DNA from: Hydrolagus colliei
Taxonomy: Eukaryota
Assembly: GCA_035084275.1 (NCBI GenBank)
Contig: CM068756.1
Span: 4,278,001 to 4,342,000 of the forward strand
Length of the DNA: 64,000 nt
Direction: 5' to 3'
Position numbers and translations under genes: made by a program. Positions within the stretch are counted from its first letter, which is position 1. Each line of letters begins with the position of its first letter. Below the pieces are notes generated by a model. The model saw nothing but the letters and a program-made list of their open reading frames with translations. It had not been told where the DNA came from and made no database searches. Positions 1 through 12,335 of the stretch are shown in pieces.

Positions 1-40
1 CAGCTCTAAATTGATGTGTTAATTTTTGATCTGTCGACAG

Positions 41-182
41 ACGTAAGGCACGACAAGCTAAGTCCCGCCGGATTGCTCCACGCCCAGTTGCAGGTGCCCT
101 TCGACCAATTGTTAGGTGTCCTACTATTAGGTATCACACTAAAGTACGTGCTGGCCGAGGCTTCAGCTTGGAGGAGCTCAAG
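41..182 (+). CDS. RPL13: 60S ribosomal protein L13 (eL13), internal coding exon; upstream exons lie outside the window
   Basis: cag|...aag|gt, 142 nt; translates [47 protein letters not shown], an eL13 signature. Confidence 0.97.
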
Positions 183-262
183 GTAATATTACAATATGTT
201 GGTAAATTGCTGAATAGAGTAACGTTTCAGTAATTGATGTATATTCATCTAAATATTCACCG

Positions 263-341
263 CAGTCAAGTGATGACACTTCTCCGGAATCTCTGTAAAT
301 CAATGATGATTATCGTCGAACCCTTTTCCATCTGATGACTG
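263..341 (+). ncRNA. SNORD68: Box C/D snoRNA SNORD68 in RPL13 intron
   Basis: C box GTGATGA 270-276, D box CTGA 332-335, terminal stem CAGTCA/TGACTG; guides TTCTCCGGAATC and GAACCCTTTTCCAT match recalled SNORD68; RPL13 is its known host gene. Confidence 0.92.
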
Positions 342-412
342 TCGTTTATCTGCTATCTTTTGAGTCGGTTCTTGTCTTCACCTCATAACAATGTATATTT
401 GTCTGTTATTAG

Positions 413-586
413 GCAGCGGGCATAAACAAGAAAATAGCACGTACTATTGGCATTGCTGTTGACCATAGACGACGCAACAGGTCAACAGAAACTATTCAAT
501 GTAATGCTCAGCGGCTGAAGGAGTACCGCTCCAAACTCATTGTCTTCCCGAAGAAGGCTTCTGCGCCTAAGAAGGGTGATGCTTCT
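413..586 (+). CDS. RPL13: RPL13 coding exon
   Basis: tag|...tct|gtaag, 174 nt; [58 protein letters not shown]. Confidence 0.97.
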
Positions 587-1348
587 GTAAGTGTTCGCAC
601 AGTTCGCTTGTTAGTCTTGGTATAGACTTATCAGAGACCCCAGTTTACTTTATTAAGTTAATTATTTTATTAAATTAGCTGTGCTTCTGACACATGCAGA
701 AATCCATACCACAATTAAGGGTATCGAAATCAAAATGAATCCCACGTGGCTGTATTTTCATTTGTAGTCTGGGATACCGAGGTGCATTGTACTGCTGCTA
801 TTGTCTTAACTGGCAGCACTGATATGGGATTGAGCTTGACATCTTCTGAGTTTGTTTGGCTCTTCCAAGTTAGGTTGTTTTATCAACTAAGCCATTGGGA
901 GTACACATTAAAGGAAAGTGGCTCTTAATATTTGGAAAACCAAAGTAAATGCCAGTTTTCTATGTCCATACAATGGGCTAAATTGATATATGCTGATGTG
1001 AGGACAAATTTATAATAATCGATATTAAAATATAATAAATTAAATGATTAATGATTCTATTCCCATTTTCAAATTTATTAGATGGAACTGTAGTTGTCAC
1101 ATTGAAAATCATAAATGTAATATCCTAGCATAAAGTAGCAAAATGTGCACTCTTAGAGCAAGACACATTTATGTTAATTCCCAAAGTTAGGATCATATAT
1201 AACATGGGTCAACCTTTGAGCAAAGTGTACCTGAGAATTTGCTGAAGGGATTTTCTGCCTGTACTTCTTAAGGCAATTCTTTGTATTTTGCCATAGGAAA
1301 GGAATAACAAACTAATTCAGCGAGGGATAATCCGCCCTTCTCCACAGT

Positions 1349-1409
1349 GCGGTGACAATATCTCTGGAATCTTTGTATTAATGACTACTGTTGGAACCTT
1401 GTCCAGTGA
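1349..1409 (+). pseudogene. Degenerate SNORD68-like copy
   Basis: Colinear with 270-335: gcggtgacaatatctctggaatctttgta..aatgac..ggaaccttgtccagtga. C box (GCGGTGA) and D box (GTGA) are mutated; ends 61 nt upstream of the 3' splice site. Confidence 0.65.
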
Positions 1410-1470
1410 TTTTTATGTAATTTTGTTTCTGTGAAGGACTTTTCAATGGTTTACTATTTATTTTTCACAG

Positions 1471-1527
1471 CCTGAAGAAATGAAGCTGGCAACTCAGCTG
1501 AGCGGACCAGTCATGCCCATCAAGAAT
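1471..1527 (+). CDS. RPL13: RPL13 coding exon
   Basis: cag|...aat|gtgag, 57 nt; PEEMKLATQLSGPVMPIKN. Confidence 0.96.
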
Positions 1528-2368
1528 GTGAGTAACAATTTTAAAATGGCTTAATTCTAGAACACTCAGCCTCACTAAATTATGAAATAGGTGAATCGTA
1601 ATTTTTAAAAAATCCGTAAAAGTTTATCCTTAAAGTTTGTCCCAGGGGAAACACATTTTTATGATCAAATACAATCAAGATGTCCATTGAGGTATCTTGA
1701 CATGTGTCTAAACTGTTTTGGGTGACTCTTTGCCTGGTGCGAAACTTACCTGACTCAGATTGACAGAAGTTTGAAGGCTAATTAATTCTAGCCTATCAAT
1801 GCATGTGACAAAGTGAAGGGAGCTTGCACTAACTACAAACTTTGGTTGAGGGAAACTGCAATAATAAATGGAGTAAAAAGTCTTGTCTTTTGTGTTAAAA
1901 TGTACTTGAGTCTTCAGTAGCAGTTTCACGTACTTTTCAACCCATGGCTACGCTGGCAATGGTGTCGTTTTTGTAATGTTTAAAGTCCTATTTGACCTTT
2001 CAAATTCTTCTGTAGTTTTTAGATTTATATTAATGGGGGGTTGAGAGCTGTTCACTAAATAGGGCATTGCTCTCCTGGTTGTTCATGCTGCTGTGTATAC
2101 ATTCCATGACTACACTTGGACTTTCTGTCTGCACAGTTTGAGCATATTAAATGTTGATGACTAGAAAATATTGTTTTAACAAGTTTAATTTTGCCTGTTA
2201 TCCAGTTTGGGTTACGATGGGTCACACATTAAGCAAAAAATTAAGAGCCTAGCCATCCACTTGTAGAAAACCCATCTCAATTATTATTATCAATTTGGGT
2301 CAAAGCAAAAAGGAATGTGTTGCATGTATATGAGACAATCTTGTACAAACCATTTTTTTTTCTTCCAG

Positions 2369-2527
2369 ATATACAAGAAAGAGAAGGCCCGTGTAATCTC
2401 TGAGGATGAAAAGAAGTTCATGGCCTTTGTCTCTCTTCGTATGGCCCGGGCAAATGCTCGTCTGTTTGGTATACGGGCAAAGAGAGCCAAGGAAGCAGCT
2501 GATCAAGATGTTGAGAAGAAAAAATAA
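2369..2527 (+). CDS. RPL13: RPL13 terminal coding exon
   Basis: ttccag|; [52 protein letters not shown]. Confidence 0.97.
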   Translation: MYKKEKARVISEDEKKFMAFVSLRMARANARLFGIRAKRAKEAADQDVEKKK

Positions 2528-2556
2528 AAGTTTGAAATTATATCTGGAACTTTTGC

Positions 2557-2562
2557 AATAAA
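2557..2562 (+). terminator. RPL13 polyadenylation signal
   Basis: AATAAA about 30 nt after the stop, followed by GT/T-rich sequence; another AATAAA (2523-2528) overlaps the stop codon. Confidence 0.75.
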
Positions 2563-3230
2563 TGTCTCGTAAAGTATTCAATTTGATTGTCTTGTTTCAT
2601 CATTAGTTTAGGCCAGTTCTGCCTTCACATTGTCTGCCTGACTGATGCCTTTAATATTTTTATATTTGAAACTGACACTTACAAGTGCATCAAACCCACA
2701 CTATTCAAACATTTGCTTCTGTGAAGTGTAAGATGGCTGCCTCTGCAATGCAAGAGTATTGATGTATGGTTTTGCTTCACAATGACAGACCAAAACCGTA
2801 GGACAAATTTAATTGTCAAATGACCTTGCTAAATGTTCCATAAATCTTCAATGTTAATAAGGGAAGGCTATCTCGGATATCCCTTGTTGTATGTTTAGCT
2901 TTGAAACTGGTTAAAGACTGGTTAGAAAACCCATGAGAATTTATAAAACCAATATCTACAAACCATCTCAAATGACTGAAGTTTTTTTTTAAGTGTTAGT
3001 TTCCCTCTTGTGTTTTCATTCAACAGCTATAATTCAAAGGAGAAAGGACCAATAACTTGTCAACTCACTGAATTAATGACAAAAGAGAGCTTGTGGAAGT
3101 GGTTTATGCTTGATTTGACATTAGGAGCAAGAAAACTGAAAAGTTCTGAATTTACAATTCCATTTTCAGTGGAAAGTTCATTTTTATCTAACTGGAAATG
3201 GAGCAAATAAGAGTGCTAAAGCCAAGAGAT

Positions 3231-3700
3231 TAGGAACATAGGAACAGGAGTAGGTCATTTATCCCTTTGAGCTTGATCCACTATTTAATTAGATCATGGC
3301 TGATCTTTACCTCTACTGATCCATTCAATTCCAATTTCCCACTTTCTCATATCCCTTAACACCCTGACCTAACAAATATCTAAGAACCTCACTTGAAGGT
3401 GTGGATAGATCCAGTGTCCACTACCTTATGGTGAAGAGAATTCCTGATTTCTACCAACCTTTGAGTGGAAAAAATGCTTCGTGATTTGACTCTTAAATCA
3501 AATTGATTTTAATTGTAAGACTGCTCCTTTGTTTTGGATTCCCTACCAGAGGAAATAGCTTCTCTGTATCTACCTTATCAAATCCCTTTTTCTTCTTATA
3601 CCTCAATCAAATCACCCCTCAACCTAAACTCAAGGGAACACAGACCAGGTTTACGCAGCCATTCCTTGTAACTTAACCCTTTTGGACCTGGTAACATTCT
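3231..3700 (-). mobile_element. Old CR1-type LINE 3' fragment
   Basis: Antisense 3' end (taggaacataggaacaggagtagg...agatcatggctgatct) followed by decayed RT C-terminal sequence. Confidence 0.65.
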
Positions 3701-3777
3701 AACTGGAGATAGTCCATTGACAGATTTTAAGTGTGCACTTGCATATCATTGCCACAAGATGGTTCTGTTGGGTCTTG

Positions 3778-4050
3778 AAATCCTCGTCCTCTCAAAGCCC
3801 TCCACGGTCTTGCTCTTCGCTAGTTCTGCTACGTGCTAAACCTTACTAACCTGCTCTGCTCAGTGGTCAGTGACTTGCTCCATGTTCCCTGCTGCCTCAA
3901 TATTAGCAGTCGGGACTTCAGCCTTTCTGCCTACACCCTCTGGAACTCTGTCCTGGAATTCTTTTGCCTCAGCACCTCCCTTGCTTCCTTCCAAGGCCCA
4001 TCTCATGACCTCAGATCATACCTTCAGTCATCCTCCCACCTACAACATCC
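3778..4050 (+). mobile_element. Old L2 LINE fragment
   Basis: Decayed similarity to the 3' part of the L2 ORF at 42574-43641 (FKALHGLAP and [10 protein letters not shown]-like segments). Confidence 0.6.
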
Positions 4051-6164
4051 CTTTGCTATTCTACGCCTCCTGATTCCAAGCTGGAGAAAACGGTTTATAA
4101 GTAATTACTGTAAAATATTGTGAATGTTAGTGTAGGCATCCTAATATCATCTGATGTGCTCAGTGGTGAAAGGTTGCATTTCTATTTAATGAACCACCTG
4201 AAATATAACTTTTAATGAGGATAAAATCCCAAGTTACAGAGACAGACTGCTCTTGTTAGAGCTCTCCCTTACTCCTTACAATACATTGAGCGGCTCAATT
4301 TCTGCCAAACTTCTATGTCAATCTTGAAATAACCACTAGATGGTGTACTGTACATGCATTCCCCTCTACATCAACAACAAAATTATACCTGTATAGCACC
4401 TTTCATGTCAGGAGGACGTTCCAAAGCACTGGGATCCACTTGTTTTTCTGAGACAGCATAGGTAAAACAAGAGCTTATTGCCACTCTATAGTGTCTTAAC
4501 ATGCTATCCCATGGAGATTTTTAAGGTCCTGAGTACAGTATATATTTTCATTTTTATTGGCAAGCTAAGTGTGTTTCCCTGATCTTATTTCAATATAATA
4601 TCAGTGTAATATAACTTTTGAAACGTATTTCAATGCGGATTTCAATATTGAATTTGTTTGTGGTTTTGAGCTATCTACTAACGTAGATTCTATTAAAGTA
4701 CGAGCAGCAAGACACGCATCAGAAATTTAATCAAATTTGCTTCTTGAATGTCCTTTTAGCGTGTCTGCCAGTTTACATTTCCAGTTTATTATGTTGCAAG
4801 TTATCATTGTCTGCAATTACAAAGTGTAGCATTATACATCCAGTCCACTGTGATTTCTTATAACTGTCAGCCTGGGGACTAAAATAAAAGGATTTAAAGT
4901 GATGTTCTTCATTGGCTCACAGGAAATCTTTGGAACTTTGTCAGAGCAGAGTTCCCACAGGTAGGTGTGACATTCCACCAGATCCCATTAAAATCCTCCA
5001 TTGTATACTTCACAATATACTTGTATATTCTCACACATAATAATCCTTGCATTTGATGTAGCGCTTTATCATGCCTTCGAGACGTCTCAGAGCGCTTCAC
5101 TGAGTATACTGTCAAGTGAATGGGCTGTATATTTTGTGGATGAAATGTTACATTTCTTGAGTGAAAGATTAGAACTAGTGAGAGTATCTCACTCTCTGCT
5201 AGTGAGAGTGAGATATGGTGTTTTCCGGTTGTCTCAAGCCCATGGCATTACATTACTTGTGAGATACTGTATTCTGTATGTGATTATCTAACAGTGAAGT
5301 AGTTTGTCATAAAATGAATTATCCAATGATTTGGACAAATGTCCTTCACCGCTGAAGTATTATATTGACCTCTAAATATGTGAATTGTAGCTTGGATATC
5401 ACATGTGATTTTGTAGGTGGTGAAATTATTGATCCCAGTCATTTGAAACAAATTCTTTTAATTAGCATTGTGAAATAAAAAGGACTATATGTGTCTGGGT
5501 GTGGGTGGAATTTTTTACATAATAATAATCCTAGCAATTTGATATAGTGCCTTACCACATTGTCAATCATCTAAAAATGCTTCACAGGATTTTCTGTAAA
5601 ATTAGGTGCCTTTTTTGAAGCAGGGTGAAATAATAATTCTTGTGGATTTCAATATGAACTCCATCAATGCTGTTCTATTGACAATGAAAGCTGTGTTCAG
5701 TGGGGTTTTTTTGCGCACCAAAGCACTTCATTTCCATATGGACAAGGCTGAGCTGAAAACTAAGACAATATGCCCCATTGTGTGTTGTAGAGTTTAGATA
5801 GGGATTCCAACACAAATCTTCTGAACAGAAATCAACTGCCTTATGAGAGAAGCTGCTCTTCCAACGTTGTGTTTGGCGTGGGTTGCTTGATGGAATTCTA
5901 AAAACAAAATCAGCTTGTGTGGTGGCAATAACTACACGTGAACTGAAAGAGTTTTATGCTGCAACTGAATACAGTATATTGTAACTGAATTTAGAGTACA
6001 TGAAATACATTACTTCACTCTTCTCACACTGAATGCATTATCAATAATTACTGTGTCTATGGAGGAAGATGAAGGACTTGTGCTAAATAGATTTTATTTG
6101 CATTTTTCCCAGATCTGTGTTTTTTTGGACCCAAAATAGCATGTCGAACAGTTGTAATGTAAAT

Positions 6165-6335
6165 TCAAGTTGGTTTAGCACCTCATCCGAAGAACAGCAC
6201 CTCCGACAATGCCACACCTCCACAGTGCTGCATTGGAGTATCATCTTAGACTACGTGATACTAAATCCCGATGCGGGGCCTGAATTCACAACCTTCTGGC
6301 TCAAAGGTGAGAGTGCTACCACAGTGTCAGGCTGA
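6165..6335 (-). mobile_element. Old Deu-domain-type tRNA SINE, 5' part
   Basis: Reverse complement gives a head ...ggtagcactctcacc..gagccagaaggttgtg.. and ..ctccaatgcagcactgtggaggtgtggcattgtcggaggtgctgttcttcggatgagg, resembling recalled SacSINE1/DeuSINE. Related pieces lie at 17360-17565(-), 21840-21945(+), 43950-44130(+), 50335-50400(+). Confidence 0.6.
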
Positions 6336-9300
6336 TGAAGAGACCAGTGGGGTAATCTGGATTGATTAGATCCAATGGGCTGAAAGGCTTTCTTCACCAT
6401 GAACTCTCGTGATCTCTCTTTTTATGAAGGAAATTTAAGTAGGAAAAAACCCCAGGATTCTGCGATGTTCAACGGGCAAATACATCTCACAGGAAGGGTT
6501 ATTATCTCTTTTAATATATCCTCTTATAGACCTGTAAATTGAGGCATTCAGAAGATGTGAAAAGAGCTTTATCAAATGCAAGGATTATTATTATTAATGA
6601 ATCAACACGCAAGATTTTTTAAAATTCATTTTCACGTTCAACTACAACAGTTCCGCCTCGTGAGTGAAATAAACATGAAGTACATTCCTTCAAATTGCGT
6701 TTCTCCGCTTTTGTATTGGTTTGTGTGTAATCACGGCCATTAACACGAGGAGCATCAGGGCTGAGGAATGGACCACTTTCGTTTTTACACAGCGCTGAGC
6801 TCTCTCAAATCTGGAGCACAGGCTGGGGTCATAATACTGTAATAATAATCCTTGCATTTGATATAGAGCCTTATCACATGTTCGAGAATTTTCAAAGCGC
6901 TTCACAGAATATACTGAGCAAGAGGAGCCACGAGAGAAATCGGGCGATAACGACTGTCGCATTGCAAACTCTCAACACAACTAAAGAGCATCACTGAGTG
7001 ATATCATTGCGGGGGCTGGAATCAAGTTTTTGCTCACCAGTAAGATATTTGATTAATAAAAGTTTAATAATGTATAATCACAATTTTCCCATTGGCTGAA
7101 TCAAGAACTGAGCATATTTCACTAATTGCAAATACAGCACTTCTAATATTCTCTGGTGTTCAGTGGTCAATCAACTCTGCTAATAGAGTGGAAATGATTT
7201 CCTGTAGGCTAGTCAGCCTTATTTAAATTGGGGCTGATTACGTAATGATGTCTTTGGAACACATTTAGATTAATCCCATAGGAAGAAGTAATATAGTGGG
7301 CCTGTAATTGTGAGAATTTAGACACATTCCATAGAGATGATGGAACATTATTATGTTTTTGATAATGTCGTTACAGAAATGGAAATGAAACAAATCCTTG
7401 CTTCTGCCTTTGTTTACGTTTAACAAATAAGTTTGTTAGTTAGAACGCATATAAGAATAATTTACAACTGCGTGTAGCTTAGGGGCTATTTGAAAGGATC
7501 AGTGCGCTGGGTATGTGGTGCAATGGAAGCAGAGAATGTCTATCACTTCAGTTGGTTGTCTTTTCTCAAAGTGAAAGAACAGGAACACAATAGTTTTTGA
7601 TGCTGACAAGATGTGTTCATGAGGTCACTTTAATAAAGATAATAATAATATAGTTATACTAATCCTTATATTTGATATACCACCTTTCGTGTAGGGAAGG
7701 CATCTCAAAACACTTCACATGATATATTATAGTAAATTAGAGTAACTGATTTTATTGGCACTTTATGATGGTCTACTTTAAGTGTGCTTTGGTGAACAGT
7801 ACCTGAGTCGATGCAAAAATAAGCAAGACAAAACCATTTAATAGCACTTTTTCTATAGGTAGGATTTATTAGTGCTGAATGCAATTCGTATTTCTTTGAT
7901 GAAAGTTACTGTGGTCAATGAAGAAGACATTGTTAAATTAGAACAATAAGACAACACCAAAGCACCTGGAACTCAACAATCTGGTTCAGTCCAGGATTTA
8001 TTTATCCCAGGATTCAAACCTCTTCTAGAAAGCCTGTAAACACGATGAAGCAATACCACGTTACTAACTTAACCTGCAGAGACCAGACTTTACTCAGTCC
8101 TAACCGTTTGTAATCTAATATTCTCATTATTTTCATGAAAGAGGGTTGAGAAGGTAAAAGCTATTTGTGGTATTTTTGACGTGATTGGAACAACCTGAAA
8201 GAGCTTGGAGTACCTCAATTAGTATAATAGCGATCTGCCTTCCTGATGTTGTTAGCAATACTGCCCATCAAATACGTAGGGAATGCGCTGACTTCAATTT
8301 AACACGCAGCAATTATATATGATATGGCTGACCTGCTTGTGATTGATAACTAATTGTGATTGATCAAATGCAAGGATTATTATTAATTAGTAGCTGGAAT
8401 CTATTTGAACAATATTTATATTGTCCCTTTCCTCTCAAACCTATTATATTTTTATTTTTCATTTGGTTGAGTTTTTCTTTTAAAACCTGAGAAGTTGAGC
8501 GGATTAGGTCTATCAGGTCACTATCCAGCTGCCAACTCAGTCTATGAGTGAAGATGACCAACTTGACCATTGTGGCAACCCTATGTTAATAACATTTTAA
8601 TTGCCTTACGTATCCATGGATGAATCTGTATAAGTTGACAGAGAGCTAAAAGAATGATCGATTAAACCTGTATTTTCAACCTGAACGAACGGTTTCTTTG
8701 CTTTGGGCTAAGTTGCCTCCTAGTTTTGTTGTATTAGTAGCAGCATACACTTTGACTTTTCAATTTTTTAGTAGTAACACAGGTACAGCACTTCAATATT
8801 TGTTGCTCGAATTATTCGATTACCTCCAAACACATTTTCTTCATTTGACGGATGGCAGCATTAAAGTCCTCAGGATGAGTGTAATAACCTTTATGTGTAA
8901 AAAGAGGCACAATGGCACTTGGGTAATTTTCCACTTTAGCGGCAGTGACAACGTACCTTATTTTGTTTGAAACGCTGTATTACAAACTATTGCTTATGTG
9001 CTCTCGTGTGTCAGTGATCTTTTACTTAGAAACATGGCAGAGGAGCAGACTATTCACCCTGACAACTTTATTTTGAAACCCACTTCTATGCCTTGAGCAC
9101 TCCGAGACGCCGTCCGGCGTGGAGGGCGCTATATAAATCAAAGTTGTTGTTGTTGTTGTTGTTGTTAAGTAATTCCTCTCTCTCTTCTCCCTCTCGCTCT
9201 TTTAAACATCTCAATCGATCCAGCAACACGTCTGGCAATTGTCATCTACAGGCATTGGCAACATGACCGCACAATTTAAGAACAATTTATTTAATTGCAC

Positions 9301-10020
9301 AACAACAACTCAGGAATGCTGAATTATTTAATGGGAGGAAGGGATTTCAGTCTTTATTGTAAATAACAATATAGTCCTTCGGTGCTTGTCAAAGCTATTC
9401 CTTACAAAAATATTTATGAAAGAATGCTATTTTAAGGTTAATATATGGGGTACATTTGGATTCATTTTGATTTTGTATTTAATTTGCTTTGCTGCTTGTA
9501 CTTGATCTTATTGCTGCCAGGGTAGGTAAGAGGATTTGATGATATATATAGGTTCTACATGTTGACAGGTTTTTCCTTAGGATTTCTGCCCGGCTGTCTT
9601 GGAATTGACTGTAAAGGCAAAATGACCAAACGTAAGATGATGAGGTTGTCTCAGCAGCTGTCAACCATCCCTTCTGTGAAAGTGTTTCATGTCTTGAATT
9701 GCTAATTGGTTCGAGTAGTCAAGAGCTGAAGGGAAACTCTACCTAGAATAGGATTGTGGCAGAACTGTGGCTATGACAATTGTTTTTCCTCTGGTTTGGC
9801 AATGCTGCCGGTGTCACAAACTACATGTAAATCATCACTAAGCAGCTGCAAGGTATTGCAGTGACTTTGTTCCTATCCAGTGATACACATTTTCTTGTCC
9901 ATGATAGTCTGCTAAATCAAAATAATAATAATAATAATTTGGTCACTCAATTTGGTCACTGCTTGTGGGTCACTGATGTGCGCAATTATTTGCCCACAAA
10001 ATGTACAGTTAATACACTTC

Positions 10021-11127
10021 ACAACAACAACAACAACAACAAAAATTGCACTTAAATTGAGGACGTCCCAATGCGCTGAACAGTCAGGTCAGGACCCGAG
10101 TGGGGGGAGGGGAGGGGAGGGGAAGGGGAAGGAGAGGGTGAGAGGGGGAAGAGTTAGTGGGGCAGCCAAAGGCGCGGTCGAAGAGGAAGGTCTTGAGACC
10201 GGCCTTGAAGGAGGAAAGAGGGGAAACAAGTGTGGGAGCAGAGAGGCTGAAAGCCCGACCGTCAATGGTTGGGTGGTTAGGGAGGTGGACGCGGAGCAGA
10301 TCTGAGTCTGCTGAACAGGGGATGTGGGCAGGCTGATAGGGAGACAGCAGGTCAGAGAGATAGGCGGGGGCAAGGCCGTGAATGGCCTTGAAAGTGAGAA
10401 CAAGGACCTTGAATTGGATCCTCTGGGTGACGGGGAGCCAGTGGAGACGGGCGAGGGTGGGAGTGATGTGGTCGTGAAGCCTGGTGCGGGAGAGTACACG
10501 AGCTGCAGAATTCTGAATAATTTACAGCCTGTGAAGGGAGGAGCTGGGGAGGCCGACGAGGAGAGAGTTCCTGTAGTTGAGCCTGGAAGTGACAAAGGCA
10601 CGGATGATAGTTTCCACTGTGTGGGGGGTGAGCTAGTGGCGGAGTCTGGCAATATTACGGAGGTGATGGAAGGCTGTGCCGGTCATGGAGCGGATTTGGG
10701 GGAGGAAGGATAGTTTGGGGTCGAACAAGACGCACAGATTCCTGATTGGCTTCAAGAGGTGGAGAGAGCAGCTTTGAATGCTGATGTTGTCAGCACCGGA
10801 GGTGCGGAGATGCCGATGTGAACCAAACAGGAGGGCTTCTGTCTTGTTGACGTTGAGTTGTCGGAAATTTGCCCTCGTCCAGGACTCAATGTCGGACAGA
10901 CATACAGACAAAATACCAGTAGTCCTGGAATCGAGGGTTGACATGGAAGGTAGAGTTGGGTGTCATCTGCATACATGTGGAAATTTACCCCATGTCTGTG
11001 GATGATGTCGCCCAGGGGGAGAGTATAGAGGGTGAAGAGCAGGGGGCCAAGGACAGAGCCCTGGGGAACGCTGCATGTGACTGTGCGGGGGCCGGAGGAG
11101 AGGCCGTCGGAGGAGACGAAGTGAAGG
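10021..11127 (-). mobile_element. 5'-truncated L2 LINE (RT C-terminal half, frameshifted), nested in a SINE tail
   Basis: ORF pieces [43 protein letters not shown]; (GTT)n tail at 10021-10041; flanked by CACAA on both sides. Confidence 0.92.
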
Positions 11128-12087
11128 CACAATGTATTCAGTGATCGCTTTGAGACACATGGAAGAAGTGATGAGGCACAATATCAAATGCAAGGATTAT
11201 TATTATTAATATTTAATAATATAAAGGCACTCAATAAATTAATAACATTAAACTCAATAAATTAATGAAATTAAAACCAAATTAATATTTAATAATATAA
11301 AGGCCTTAATTACAAAGGCACTCATACACCGATGATTATTAATAATAATCAAACAGCAAACACACTGAAGACATTTGAATGAATGAGAGCCTATTGCAAA
11401 AAATAATGAATTTCACCCTGGTCTAATACCTGGAAGAGAGAGAAAGAGAAACAGGCGCAACCTGGCAGCTCAAACAGCAGCTGGTTTGAGTCTTGTCTGA
11501 AGATACTGAGAAATGACAGGTGATAGAAATCTTCTTGATCTGCCAAACCAGTCTGAAAGTAGATTTGAGTTGATTAGATGTCTAGTAAGGCACAAGAAAT
11601 GTAATAATCAGAATAACAAAAAAAAGAGTTTTCCCACATAGCTCCAGTGATTCAAACAGTGATGCAAAGCACAGATATGGACATTTCACTCATTGATTAT
11701 GGTCAAGGCAGGTGATGATGCCTATGGTACAGCCTGAGTTTAGTTTAAAATATAATGTCGTCTAATTTGAACCATTTTAAAAAATTGTAATCTTTAAAAA
11801 TGCAATCCTTCTATAAGGGGGCCCTTGTTATATGCATGATTCAGATTCCTTATCAAAGATTCTTGTTATAATAATGATAATCCTTACCTTTGACACAGCA
11901 CCTTTCAATTGGGAAAACATCTCAAAGTTCTTTATCATAAAGCGGAGAGTAGAGCAGATTTGTAATTGCATGCTAAGTTAAAGCTTGTTAGGAAATACTG
12001 CAAATGCAATGCCCTTAATATTTAAAGAAACACCTTGAACTTTCAAAATCTCTTTTGAAATCCAGAAGTGACTTCACTGAATCCTGG

Positions 12088-12335
12088 GATTCAGTTTCGC
12101 TTTGCTTCCTCCCTTGCCTCCTTCAAGGCTGGTCTCAAGACCCTCCTCTTCAATCATGCCTTGTGCTGCCCTCCCAACTCTCTCCCTCCCCTCCTAATTC
12201 TCTCCCGGCCCTCCCCCCCACTACCCTGTCCCTCTCCCCTGCTCGGGTCCCGACCTGACTGTTCAGCGCCTTGGGACGTCCTCTCGACATGAAAGTCGCT
12301 ATAGAAATGTAATTTTGTTATTGCTGTTGTTGTAG
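12088..12335 (+). mobile_element. L2 LINE 3' end fragment
   Basis: [11 protein letters not shown]...APWDVLST*, then the conserved 3' motif and a GTT-rich tail; same family as 10021-11127 and 42536-43625. Confidence 0.85.

Noticed and set aside
735-845. Possible H/ACA snoRNA in the RPL13 intron (two hairpins, a downstream ACA)
   Set aside because: No ANANNA hinge box in the right place, a weak first hairpin, and no recognisable family.
9952-11193. Cluster of overlapping ORFs on both strands (also 42501-43737)
   Set aside because: Alternate-frame and antisense ORFs of GC-rich L2 sequence; only the RT frame is meaningful.
11492-11520. Hammerhead-like cttgt-CTGAAGA-tactga-GAAA-tg-acagg
   Set aside because: No real stem II or stem III, and G at the cleavage position; most likely chance.
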